From the NCBI GenBank assembly GCA_964016885.1, contig OZ024743.1, positions 302,870,001 through 302,934,000 on the forward strand: a stretch of 64,000 nt of DNA. Reading direction: 5' to 3'. Both the position numbers and the translations under genes were made by a program. Each line of letters opens with the position of its first letter. Position 1 is the first letter of the stretch. The DNA comes from Eledone cirrhosa (taxonomy: Eukaryota). Under the pieces are notes generated by a model. That model was given only the letters and a program-made list of their open reading frames with translations. It was not told the DNA's origin and did no database searches. Below are positions 1 through 13,435 of the stretch, one piece after another.

Positions 1-925
1 GGGCTGCGCATGCCGGTTCTAATGATACTCAAACATGAGCTGTGCCTGCATCATTTTCAGCTATTCTGCCTAAAAGATGAACAGGAGTGGTCACCGTTTG
101 TGAGACAGGCCTTTCCATAGCTCATGTCATTGACTGATCTGCAGTCCTGGGTCAAGAAGAGACCGACACTGCGCACCTGACATCTGGAACGTTACCATGT
201 GCTCACTCTCCTCTACCTGCCGGGCAATGCAGTCAATGGAACTTCCACTCTCGGGTTCTAAAGAGGATTAGTGGTGGACAAGTACAACGAAACCGTTTTT
301 CACTCACTCGTCCAGTTTCACATGTATTGCTGACAAAGGGAGTTATGTCTCATATATGTCATCGCGTGTGGGATGGATCCGGGTATAGACAGAGTCCATA
401 GTGAAGATCGAACAGCTGCCTACTTTTGTCCGGTAGAAAGAGGTAGCTTTTCTCTCTCTGATAGCTGTAATCAAGGAGGTTGTGTGGTGAACGCGACTGA
501 AAGGTCTGAAGACAGACAATTTACTCTCGGCCAAGCTCTCGTCAACATTTTTCAAGTTCCACTTGGAAAGAAACATGAGAGTGTAGAGAGAAATGTTGCC
601 CCCGCAGAATAATGTTTTAAAGGTGGGTGATTGTTGCGAGGATGGCCCGTGTGAATCGGACAACTCAGAATATACGCCTGTATGCTGGATATATGGAGGG
701 ATAGAGGGGGCCCACCTAGGATGCTCTTGGAGATGATGATAGGTTGGGATTCGTAGAGTTACTAACGTCATACCTGGGTGGTATGCCCCACTATTGGGGA
801 ATTATGTTGGATATATTTTTTGTTAATTCTTTTGTTAAATATTTTACTCGATATTATTTTAATTACCCACTGTCCCCGTCTTTGTATTGCCCTCTACATT
901 CGGTCCTTGTGGCCAAAATATATAA
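1..925 (+). mobile_element. Decayed 3' end of an L1/Tx1-type non-LTR retrotransposon (ORF2 C-terminus + 3' UTR)
   Basis: Broken + frames give NETVFHSLVQ (CCHC-knuckle remnant, ~285-320) and AFLSLIAVIKEVVW*TRLKGLKT...FFKFHLERNMRV* (~445-590), typical of Tx1/L1 ORF2 C-termini; many stops and frameshifts. Confidence 0.6.
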
Positions 926-3900
926 ATCATTATCTTTATTGTTTTCTTCCTTCTGTTTGCCTCGGACGCGTATCGCATCTGCTACCAGAATGTTGTTGCC
1001 TTTGCTTATTTAAACACGCATATATTTGCATTCAGTATTATTTACTTTTCAAAAAGTCTCCACATTCGAGAATGTGGGTTAGATAATTTCTGTTTAGAAT
1101 TCTACGAGTTTGAAATTTAAGTACAATATTATCTGATTATTGTGTGATGAACAATTTGAAGTCATAGTATCACATGACTAAATTCCTGATAAAAAAATCA
1201 TCATCACTATCACACTGCCATCTTACACATGACACGACACAACGCCAAACAAGAAAACGCATGAATCAATATAAGAAAATCATTTCTCTTTCGTTATCAA
1301 CAATATCACCACCAACCACAGACACAGCACTAGCAGCAGTGAGAAATCAACATAAATATAGGGGTACTGTGAGCCAAAAAGGCGAACTATTTTTGCTGAT
1401 TATACCACAGCAAACACTAGAACGATATTAAAGTATATCATTGAATGCAACAACAATAATAGCTTTGACAGAAACAATAACAACACCAATGGCAGCAGCA
1501 TCTAGTAAAAAACCAACCAACGAAGGCAAACTAAGAATTAAAGAATTAAAGAATAGAACAAATGAACACAAAAGTAATAAAAACACAACAATTATATCGA
1601 CAAATGAAGCGGCATTGAGAACAGCAACAACACCAATAATGACAGCGTGGATGAAGAAAAATCGAAAACTGCAGCATACGCAACAACAAAGTGTAAATCA
1701 TGAAGCTATCAACAAAACTACAACCTAAAACTTTGACGCCATCAAAACATTCACGAAAATAAAAAAAAATATATATATAAAACTGCTAAACTATTTAATC
1801 GCTTAAGCAGATAACAAACTGACAATGTCAACAAAAAAAGCAACATCAGCATTAACATCAACATTAACAGCATTTGCATATGTGTATCAACAGCAGCAAA
1901 AGCAAGAGAGCTCTTTAAATTATCCCTCTTAAACAAGCACTTATGCTTTGCACATGTGGCCAAATTGTTCAAAGGGCACGAAGAAGAGTACACTTATCTA
2001 TCCTATAAAATAGCATGAAATCAACAACCAGGAAAATTCGTTTTGTCTCGTTGGGCGTGAGTAAAATTCCGACGTAAAGAGTCAGCATTTTGAAAGAGCG
2101 ATATGGAAATAAGACTTTGCGTTGATTTCGTTGGAAGACAGTTTGGAAGTGAGTAAGTGGTTTCCAGAAGCGACATACTCAGCATAAACTATGTATGCTC
2201 ACTCTGTCCAAATATTATTTACATCCTTTTTAGGAATAGCTACAGTGAGTGCCAGGCTTATTGGTGTCCCACAGGACTTGGATTTTTGGTGGATTTGGCC
2301 TGCGTAATCCTCGAAGGGATCGACACACTCCTGGACGGCAAAATAACTCAATGAGTGCCGCACTGGGGTTACACCATTTGCAATACCTCCAAGATATTTG
2401 ACACATGTGGGCGCCAGAAAACAGGCTCTTCTATCTGCAAATAATCACTGTTATTCAGCTTCTGGCATTGGCCAATCGAAGACCGAAACTTCATGTCAGG
2501 CATTTGGTATCTCAATAAGCCTCACAAGCCTTGTAACAGTACGCAATGACGTCAGAGGAACTTTCACGTTACCATCCTATAAATTAGTGGGCGACAATGA
2601 CCAATTTCTCTGGAATGTTTTGGGTTTCGATATAATCAACTTTCCAATCTGTTCCGGAGGACATTCATTCCGAGTAATATCCAGAAATGAACAGGTTTGG
2701 CATTGTTACCAGGAAGGTGTGATGCGGTTGTCATTTCGAGTTGAATCAACAGGCATGACAATGGTGTCAGTCGAGGTTATCCTCACGCTTTGCAAAGCCT
2801 AAACGTCAACATTGACCAAATACGAAGACAGTATTTTCAGAAGAGCAGAAGTGATTCAACAAGATGTTATGTGTTGTAAACAATATCTTTCAGTTATTAT
2901 ATTTGTTTTTCAGCAAAATCTATGACCGACGATTTCAGAACGAATGTCTGAACACGGCAGGGATTGACTAGTGTTCATGGTTTTGTTACTGGTAGTATCC
3001 CAGAAGCAGCTTTTGTATCCAAGGAGCTAATATTTTGTAACATCTCCCGCTTACTTCTATAGGTCACTTTTATTTGCTTTTCTAATTCTCGTGCGGGGAA
3101 CGCACCGAATTAACTCTTAATGCCACTTATGTAGCAACAGCGTTTTTTAATACACAATCATACCATAATACAGCTCGCTAGATAATGAATGAAATAAAAC
3201 TATGGATTACAATGGGTAAAGGACGTTTTATACATCCATGCAGTATCTACTCGATGACACATTGTTCCTCCGCCTTTCTCCTTCTGCGTCTCTATACGTT
3301 TAATAAGCATAATACATATAAAATAACACAGAGGTATATCATATACAATGGAGGTGCCACCACAAATATTGCCATTAGTTTAAATTCTGTTCGCAATACG
3401 AGATTACGTCGCGTGTGATGTATGTGTATGTTATGTAGTTGGTAGTTTATTATATGTCGCTATTAGTTAATATTCAGTCGCAGATCTCTTTTGGTGATTG
3501 GGCATTTTTGTGCAGTTCTGTAATTTGTGGAAGAAACGCTATTATATTTCAAAGCCAATCAATCACTTGCTTTGTTAGATTTCATGATTTCAGAGAAGAG
3601 ATGCATGGGCCTGATAATAATAAGGCGCCGTTTCATGTTAATGCCCTAACGCAATTCGGGTTGTTATTCTCTTTTTATATGTTTATTCTATAACATTAAT
3701 TACTTCACGTTAGTTTCTTGTATGTCTTTTATATTTCATGTGTCTGTTTATTTTTGTGTGTGTGAGTGTACTCGGATGCATCTCTGTGTGTCAGGAGAAA
3801 GTTCCTATTAAAATCATTAGAATTACTTACACATTCAATATACCAGGAATGAGATGCATGAAATATTTCTCTTCGCCAAAATGATTTTGGCATTTTCAGA

Positions 3901-4590
3901 AATATATGTTTAATATCAGCACAGCAACGTAAACAAATTAATATATATATTGATTTATTTCATAGACAATTTTCCTATTTAAGATGAATCTGAAATAAAT
4001 GACGGTGTATATTAATCCGAATAATATGCCACGTGAATTTGATAATGTATTCATAAAACACATTCGTAAGCCACTTATGATTAAATAAATTGTTCAATTT
4101 GAGACAGTTGTCAAAAATATGTTTGCTAGTGAAACCACGCTGTAAAAATTGATTATAATTCACATATATATTTTAATCCATTCATAACTGTGATGTAGGC
4201 GAACAGGTGAGTAAAAAAAACGCTATGGGATGCAAAGACCCTAATATGAAGTGGAGTGGAAATCAGTTTCGCTTTCCTGGATAGATGAATAAGTGGCAAA
4301 TGAAATCCAAAATATACGTTTTTTAGGAGATCAACGTTATTTTTAAATGGTTTGATATATTAATTATATATGCTATAAATCTATGAAACATCAAACAAAA
4401 GAGAAATAATTACTGTTTATACAAAGCATTTAGTTAATGGAATGCAGTTTCAAATTTCAAATAATCCTGTTCCTTTTAATTTTAAACTCTTTACATCTCA
4501 TTCTATAAATATTTCTGTCGTTCAGGCATTCTCTTTCTTTTTTTTCTCTCTTTATATATCTCATTCTATATATCTCTCTGTCTTTCAGGC

Positions 4591-4593
<3 letters not shown>

Positions 4594-4683
<90 letters not shown>
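4594..4683. repeat. (CT)n microsatellite, representative of dozens of (TA)n/(CA)n/(GA)n arrays
   Basis: Directly visible; these arrays produce the [12 protein letters not shown] ORFs in the track. Confidence 0.98.
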
Positions 4684-4687
<4 letters not shown>

Positions 4688-5023
4688 ACGTTTCTGGGTC
4701 ACTATTTCATTTTTCTTCCTGTTTTTCTCTCCCGTGTACATAATCTATTTTTCTCTTTTAGTTTTCTCGATCATTTTCTGTCTTGTTTCCCAAAGCTCTC
4801 ATCTTGTTCTCACTCTCTTTCGCACGTTCTCTTTCGCACCCTTTCTTGTATATGTCTCCACAATTGCAGAACGTTTATGAGGAAATAAAGAAAGGATATG
4901 TTAGCTATGATGTATGATTGAGTAGTATATAGAAGAGACAGAGAGAGATAGAGAGAGGGAAAGAGCCAGAGAGAGAGAGAAAGAAAAAAGTCACAGAGAG
5001 ACATAGTGACAGAGTGATAGATA

Positions 5024-5305
5024 TCCATATATATAAAACAGAGAATGACTGTCTGACTGTCTGACTCCCTAAATCTCGAGAACCACCCAACCGATTGTTT
5101 TCAAGCATTACACATGTATTACATATGGCCATGTGAGTGTTTTGAGCAAAAGAAATTTCCAATTTTGAAAACCCTAGGGCCGCATTAGGTGATTTAGCGA
5201 TCTCTCTCTATAATTCTTACTCTTTCTTTTTAGATAGATACATAGCTACGACGTCGCGCCCTTATAATATGATTCTGTATGATTGGCTGTCTGCATTACT
5301 ACATT
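5024..5305 (+). mobile_element. 5' fragment of non-autonomous Helitron (same family as 33160-34072)
   Basis: Starts A|TCcatatatataaaacagag and aligns to the reverse complement of ~33790-34072. Confidence 0.75.
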
Positions 5306-5350
5306 ATAACGTTATCTGTGTGTGTGTGTGTGTATGTATATATATAGTGC

Positions 5351-5388
<38 letters not shown>

Positions 5389-5419
5389 TGTGTGTGTGCA
5401 ACGTGTTATGAAATAGTTA

Positions 5420-5512
5420 CTTCTGCGTTCACAAATTGATTTTTTTAGTTTCAGAAGATCCCGTTTAGGGCGAAAGCAGCAATCCTTTGCTTAGACTTTA
5501 ATCTATTATTTA
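5420..5512 (+). repeat. Fragment of the PLE-B pLTR family with HHR-like motif
   Basis: ttagtttcagaagatcccgtttagggcgaaagcagc matches the reverse complement of 13510-13600 and 62395-62490. Confidence 0.75.
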
Positions 5513-5534
5513 ATATATATATATATATATATAT

Positions 5535-6577
5535 AATACATTATGAAGAGAGAAGAAACATTTAGATATAATTAGTAATAAAATGTATCATACCTAAACT
5601 GCTCCTAAATTCCTCGACTACGTAGTTTCGTGGCATAAACAAAAACAATATATCATAAAGATATAGAGTCCTTGCGAGGTCTGCCGACTTATTAAGAGGA
5701 TACCTCATTTTACTAGTCTCAAGAACGCGTCTACACGACGTGAGAAAGAATCCCAAAAGGCGGAGGGGGAGATAGTCACGCGATATAACGGTCGAGAAAC
5801 AGAGCTAAGCCTCTTATAACCCCGAAGAGAATACCACGGAGGCGGAGGGGGTATCTTTATCGAGGCCGTAGAAGAGGTGGTGAAGAAGGCGAGAAGTATG
5901 AGTAATGGAAGCTTTCCAGCTGTCCCCACACTTCAAAAATTGCTCGACCAGAGGGAGTTATTAACAATATATTTAGAAACACACAGATACATGCGGACAC
6001 ACACATATATACATGAATGCATCCGCACCCAACTGTGAGTTTAGGGTGCCAACTTCACCGATGTTGCTCAATGAATGACTGGGACAGACCAATTCAGTTG
6101 AACTAGACTGAACCAGTATCAGAGTTAAAAATACATTATGAAGAGAGAAGAAACATTTAGATTCGACCGTTATATCGCGTGACTATCTCCCCCTCCGCCT
6201 TTTGGGATTCTTTCTCACGTCGTGTAGACGAGTTCTTGAGACTAGTAAAATGAGGTATCCTCTTGATAAGTCGGCAGACCTCGCAAGGACTCTATATCTT
6301 TATGATATATTGTTTTTGTTTATGCCACGAAACTACGTAGTCGAGGAATTTAGGAGCAGTTTAGGTATGATACATTTTATTACTAATTATATCTAAATGT
6401 TTCTTCTCTCTTCATAATGTATTTTTAACTCTGATACTGGTTCAGTCTAGTTCAACTGAATTGGTCTGTCCCAGTCATTCATTGAGCAACATCGGTGAAG
6501 TTGGCACCCTTAACTCACAGTTGGGTGCGGATGCATTCATGTATATATGTGTGTGTCCGCATGTATCTGTGTGTTTC

Positions 6578-6582
<5 letters not shown>
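5535..6582. mobile_element. Non-coding HHR element family R1: ~595-bp unit in partial tandem (- strand, 5535-6161) plus inverted copy (+, 6164-6582)
   Basis: 5535-5805 = revcomp of 6164-6425; 5966-6161 = revcomp of 6391-6582; aaacatttag recurs at a 595-bp offset; flanked by (TA)n. Confidence 0.8.
6258..6347 (+). ncRNA. Type I hammerhead ribozyme (variant core, long stem II)
   Basis: tcctc TTGATAA gtcggca-(~45 nt)-tgccac GAAA ctacgtag TC gagga: stem I tcctc/gagga, palindromic stem III; antisense copy at ~5611-5700 has core TTAATAA. Confidence 0.65.
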
Positions 6583-6640
<58 letters not shown>

Positions 6641-6898
6641 GGTACTTGATTTAGGAGCCCCATAAACCCAAATACTGGATTTTACCAACCTTCCAGGTGT
6701 ACGGGTAAATGTTCGATACCCGAATTACTTGATCGTCTTTTTGGCTATGCGAATGATTGTTTAACCATCGTCTCAGTGTGTTTGGTGTTTAACGTTTGTT
6801 ATAGCTCTGGTTCATCTGAACCATTGAGCACTTGCCTCACATCTCGGAGGTTGTTTTTCGTTATTTCGTGGGCGGAAATGCGAATCTCGATAATTCAT

Positions 6899-6969
<71 letters not shown>

Positions 6970-6974
6970 GATAT

Positions 6975-7004
<30 letters not shown>

Positions 7005-7010
<6 letters not shown>

Positions 7011-10000
7011 CTTTGGGGGGGTCATGTTGCCAATAAGAAACACACGCACCAGTTGCTTTCACTTCAATTCATTATAATACATTTATAAGTCTAGGAATTT
7101 ATACATTTCCGGTTGATTGGCTAGTTCCACAACCAGATGATTGTTTATATATAGTCAAAGTAGTTTCGTCACACATTATGTGACCTCTTCAGTGGCGTGG
7201 GACTCTTTTCTTTGTTTTGTGCCTCTCCATTGTTCTGTCCTACGCCATCTTGTTTTTGTGTGTGTTGTGTGCTTAGTTTGAGCATGTGTGTGTTTTTATT
7301 TGTTTATTTATTTGTTTATTTACGTGTTACTGGTTGGTTGTTTGTTCTATGTGTGTGTGTTTTCCTTTTGTCCTGAATTGTAAGATGTGACTTTGCTATT
7401 CCATTCATGTTTTCTATTTAATTTTGGATGGAGTTCATTTATGTTTATTGCCTCTGTGATTTGTCTAAACATTGCGTCTTTTCTGTGTGTAGATTCTATT
7501 TTTATTTCTATGTTCTTTAATTTACCCTTATGTTCTATTTTAGCATGTTGGTAGAGTACAGATGATTCTTTGCTATCTTGAAGCTCTCGTCAGTGTTCAC
7601 TTATCCGTTCCCCTATACTACGAGCTGTCTCACCTATGTACACTATATTCTTATCTCTACATTATCCTTCAGTACATCTAATGCTATATACTACATTTCT
7701 AGTTTTACAGTTACTATGGAGGCTTAATTTACAGATTATACATTTCTTATCTATACAGGGAGGTCTTTGAAAAGAGTTTGTATTGCTAATAAGTGTTTTT
7801 ATGTAGGTACATGGTCATTCTACTATCTTAATATTGTGTTCATGTTTATCTAGGGCCCTTGTAAATGTGTAAGCTAATTCACGTCTAGGGGTTGTATCGA
7901 TGAACATTACACTCTGGTATTTATTGCTATCATACCATGAGTTTATTCTATTAACCTTATTCCCAGTTATGTCTATTATATTCCAAAATGTTCTCCTATA
8001 CAAGGGGCAGGTCCCATTTGTGTCATTATTTACCATTTTTTTCCCATTTGGTTCTGGCACCTCTATATACTCTGATTTTATCTCTATGATTGTAACCAGA
8101 GAACTGCATACGGTGGAGGAAGTGTTGTATGTGTCTCTCTAGTTCTTTGGAGTTGCACATGCGGGACACGTTTCTCATCACCCGTACCAAATCTGCAATC
8201 AGTATGTTGATTTTAGTATGGTCCGAAACAGCTGAGTTTCGGTGCATCAGATATTTGGAAGTCATGGGTTTGGCATAATGGGAATGGAGGATTTGTGTTT
8301 TGTTATTAATGGTATCTACCCAGAGCTCTGTGTCTACTACAGGTAATCGATGGTAGGGTGTTTGCTTGGGTAGTCTATAGTAACTCTAATACTCTGGTGG
8401 ATGGAGTTAGCTATTTGCTAGATGCTTTCCATGGTGTTTTTCTCTAATTCCTGACTGTTCTGTAGTGTCGGTGTTTTTACTACGATGTTTATATCATCAA
8501 CGTAGCGGGAGTAAATTATAAGGGTTAAGGTGTTGCTGTCTTCTAATTGTTTTCTAATTTTAAATTTATGTCTATTGTCCCACCATACCATGAATAGGTT
8601 AGCTATGTCACCTGCAATGCTAACACCAATGGTTGCTCCCTCCTCTTGGGCATATGTTTTTCCATTAAATTTGAACATATGATCCATAAGGGTTAATTTT
8701 ATGCTGGCCCCCACCGCATGTGCAATCATTTTCTTTAGTTCATCTTGGTTATCAGGGGTCCATATGGCTCTGGTCCACCCGTTCCATCTATCCGTGTAGG
8801 TTTTCTTGGCCATTGAGGTAATTGTAGGTGGTCTACTTCTTGCTGGTCTTGTAGGGCACAGATTGCTAAGGCCATATGTATCTAGATAATCGATAATCAT
8901 TACTATAGGTAAGTTTAAGTAGGAGTCCCAGCTCGCTGGTATCAATCCCACGAAATTTAACATTGTTCTCACTGATCATTTCTACGAATTTCGCCACAGC
9001 ACAATCCACGTCAATAGATTGAAACAGGACACAACATCCATACTACCTATTATGCAGTTTGTTAGGTCCCTAGATCGGTTACTCTCGATTCTGCTGAGGA
9101 GGTCATCCGTGCTGTCACATATATATGGGGAGATTTAAATGATGGGGCGTATAATCAGGGATAGGAAGTAGGAAAGTATGTAGTTACTAGCAATGTCAGC
9201 TCTACAGACTGGCCGTGTTGGTGGTGTTGTGACAGGGTCACTGCTCGTGTTATGGTCTTTTCGAAGCCTATACAACGCTGGCACGTCATTGTTCCAGGCC
9301 TAGAAGTTGTTGGCAGTCCTTTTGTTGGGCTGGATTATATTTGTCCACATCATCATATGGGCAATGAGGGCTTTTTCCCTATCCTCATGCTCTTGTGGTG
9401 TTACTTCTCTTGTGTTAGTGATGTGGTGTTGCATTGCCTGGATGTAATTTGACAGACTGTCACCCGACATTCTGCCAGACTTGTCTGTTGGAAAGCATGC
9501 AATCTCTCCATACGCGAGCGCTGCATGTGCTTACGCAAGCCATTTGCAGATTTTTCTCCCAGTTGCTGGGCCTCCATTCTATTTTGCTTCTTGCTATACT
9601 GTTCTATAACATTTCTAAGTTTAGATCTAGCTATGCTAAATTGTGCTCCTGTTTGTTCATCGACCTGCGACGGCAATTGCGTGCGTTTTTTAAAAGCTAA
9701 AATCGTGGCGTGGACTCGTCGCAGGTCGAACGGCTTTTCGGAAGGATTATAAAAAGTAGAGTTCCAGGCTACTGCTTTATGTGTACTAATGCTATTGGTA
9801 TTGTTAGTTGTGTTGTTTCTATTTCTATTTCCACCAATAGCCTCATGGTTGTTTCTATGTCACTCATTATTACTCCTGTCTGTTTCCTCTGGCTCATTGT
9901 TATTATCTACTCGATTTTGTGTGTCTATGTGTTCGTCCTGGTTATTTTCTCTGTCCATAGTCTCCCTCTCCTTTCAATCCTCTTACCTTCCCTTATTTAT

Positions 10001-10618
10001 GTGCTACTGCCATTACCTGTTTTCTGTGTCTGTGTGTTTGTTAAGATTGTGGTGGTGGTAAGAGGCATAGAATGTGTGAGTGTTGTTGTTGTTGTTGATG
10101 TATGCTGTTGTCGATGTGTGTTGTTGTTGTTGTTGTCTCTGTCTATGTTATTATTGTTGTGTGTGTTGTTATTGTTGTTTGTGTCTACGTGCCTGTTGTT
10201 GTTTCTGAGTATGTTATTATTGTTGATGTGTGTGTTGTTGTTATCGTTGTTTGTGTCTCTGTGTCTGTGGTTGTTGGGATGTGTGTTGTACTTGTATGTG
10301 TGTGTGTGTATGTTGTTACTTTTGTTTTTGTTTTTGAGGCTTCAACGTAATTTTGTAAATGATTTTTCTATTTCTGAAAAGCATTTTATCATATTTACCT
10401 TATTATATGTGGCATATTTAGGTGGTAGCTGTAATATCGATAATTCATCAGAGTCGACCGTAGTGTTGCCGTATATATTTGTGTTGTTGTTGTTGAATTC
10501 ATCTGTTAATGAGATGTCGGCCATATTTATACCGTCAATTTTGTCGGGATATCTATCGATATTCTCTAAAGTATCTTGATTTAGTTTTATCTGTTTGAGC
10601 CACTTTAGTTTCTTGTTA
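7005..10618 (-). mobile_element. Penelope-like element PLE-A (RT + GIY-YIG), decayed; related to PLE-G
   Basis: ORF pieces LPPKYATY (10342-), YAQEEGATIGVSIAGDIANLFM...YSRYVDDI (8418-8972), thumb (7815-8265), GIY-YIG VYIGETARSIGER (~7600-7650). Confidence 0.92.
7150..7197 (-). ncRNA. Hammerhead core in PLE-A 3' pLTR
   Basis: Revcomp CTGAAGA g gtcaca taatg tgtgac GAAA; stems I/III unclear; inverted-pLTR copy at ~11112-11140 has CTAAAGA. Confidence 0.55.
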
Positions 10619-11286
10619 AAGGACAGTGTAGAGATAAGAATATAGTGTACATAGGTGAGACAGCTCGTAGTATAGGGGAACGGATAAATGAACACTGGCG
10701 AGAGCTTCAATGTAGTAAATAATCATCTATACTCTACCAACATGCTAAAATAAAACATAAGGTTAAATTAGAGAACATAGAAATAAAAATAGAATTTACA
10801 CACAGAAAAGACGCAATTTTAGACAAATCACAGAGGCAATAAACATAAATGAACTCCAACCAAAATTAAATAGAAAACATGAATGGGACAGCAACATCAC
10901 AACATACAATTAAGGATAAAATGAAAACACATACGCACAAAGAACAAACAACCAACCAGTAACATGTAAATAAACAAATAAATAAACAAATATAAACACA
11001 CACAGACACCCGGATGTAACACATGCGCAGACTACGCACACAATACACACAAACATGGCGTAGGACAGAATAAAAGAGAGACAGAAAAACAAAGAAAATA
11101 ATCTCCAGTCACTAAAGAGGTAACATAATGTGTGACGAAAGAACTTTGACAATATATAAACAATCATCTGGTTGTGGAACCAACCACCCAACCGGAAATT
11201 TATAAATTTATTACAATAAATTGAAGTGAAAGCTTTGGTGCGTGTGTTTCTTATTGGCAACATGACCCTCCCAAAGTATAACAATA
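10619..11286 (+). repeat. Inverted copy of the PLE-A 3' end (GIY-YIG part + pLTR) at the element's 5' side
   Basis: Reverse complement of ~7005-7670 with scattered substitutions. Confidence 0.9.
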
Positions 11287-11429
11287 TCGGTTTCAAGACA
11301 CATTTTCAGATAAAAATATTGCTAAACAAATTCAGAAACGAAATATATATATATATATATATTTATGTATTTATAATTGTATATTAGTGCATCTGTATAC
11401 ACAATAACAAAATATGGATAGACGTATTT

Positions 11430-11556
11430 ATTTCACGAGGCTCGATAAGGATAAATATATATCAAATATATAAGAACTCTAGTGCAAATCACGAGCAACG
11501 CTGGGCGATTTTACTGGTATTTTAGAAAACGTTACGTTCAGAAAATCAATATGTAT

Positions 11557-11560
<4 letters not shown>
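11430..11560 (+). mobile_element. Helitron-like 3' terminus fused to a PLE-B pLTR fragment (second copy 19420-19550, - strand)
   Basis: tcgataaggataa...tagtgcaaat followed by cacgagcaacgctgggcgattttaCTGG; the second copy reads cccgagcaacgtcgggccattctgCTAG|T. Confidence 0.55.
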
Positions 11561-11643
<83 letters not shown>

Positions 11644-11648
<5 letters not shown>

Positions 11649-12428
11649 ACTAGAAATAGATTGACATATATATATATAAAATAAACATATGAAACAATCA
11701 CAGGGAATAATTTGTAAAAATGTAAGCACACATAGCTAGGTAGGTAACTAATTAAAGTTTAACTAGAACTTCAAATATAGATACCTTTTAAAATGATTAA
11801 TCTCCTTTGTATATATTTCTTTAAGTAAGAAACACATTTCACCAATTAATCCGTAAAACACAGTAGTCAAATTCTTGGATGTTCACCAAAGGAGTAGAAG
11901 ATAAACATCTGCGTTTACAAAGCAAATGCAAATCTGTGAATGACTCGAACCACGTGTTGCATTTTTTAAAAAGTACACACATTGCACAACGTTATCCCAG
12001 TGACAGCCAGAAATAGCAGCCGAGTCTATTCAACTGCTATTTCTGGCTATCGATGGTCCTATTCATGCCACTGGGATGACGTTTTGCAATGTGTGCATTT
12101 TTAAAAAAAATGCAACACGTGGGTCGAGACATTCACAGATTTGCATTTGCTTTGTAAACGAAGATGGTTAACTTTTTCTCTTTGGTGAACATCCAAGAAT
12201 CTGACTACTGTGTTTTACGGATTAATTGGTGAAATATGTTTCTTACTAAAAGAAATATATACAAAGGAGATTAATCATTTTAAAATGTATCTATATTTGA
12301 AGTTCTAGTTAAACTTTAATTAGTTACTTACCTAGCTATGTGAGCTTACATTCTTCACAAATTATTCCCTGTGACTGTTTCATAAGTTTATTTTAGATAT
12401 ACATATGTCAATCTATTTCTAGTTGATA
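11644..12428. mobile_element. Foldback/MITE-like element with ~360-bp inverted arms and a central hairpin
   Basis: atcaactagaaatagattgac ... gtcaatctatttctagttgat; arms ~11644-12003 and ~12068-12428; central agccagaaatagcag/ctgctatttctggct. Confidence 0.85.
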
Positions 12429-12526
12429 TGTAATGCTCAGATCTATTCATTGGAATCTTTGAGCTTATTCGACAGTGGATATAGCGCATGTCTCTCAGAC
12501 ATGACAACGCTTAATTTTAATTTTGG

Positions 12527-13321
<795 letters not shown>

Positions 13322-13435
13322 TGTTATTTTAATAAATATTTGCTCTACTGTTCTTATATATTTGATATATATTGATCCTTATCCAGCCCTCTTTGGATTT
13401 TAGTCTTCAAATTTATTATTATTACTATATATATA

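Noticed and set aside
2234-2802. GC-richer coding-like segment and 134-aa ORF
   Set aside because: Non-ATG start, upstream stops, no recognisable domain in any frame
5562-6396. Duplicated 64-aa ORF (similarly the 60-aa pair at 49061/49786 and the pair at 12517/12816)
   Set aside because: By-products of inverted repeats, mostly non-ATG starts, no motifs
9710-10579. 289-aa hydrophobic ORF resembling a membrane protein (also 55755-56348)
   Set aside because: Antisense reading of the AAC-rich PLE insert
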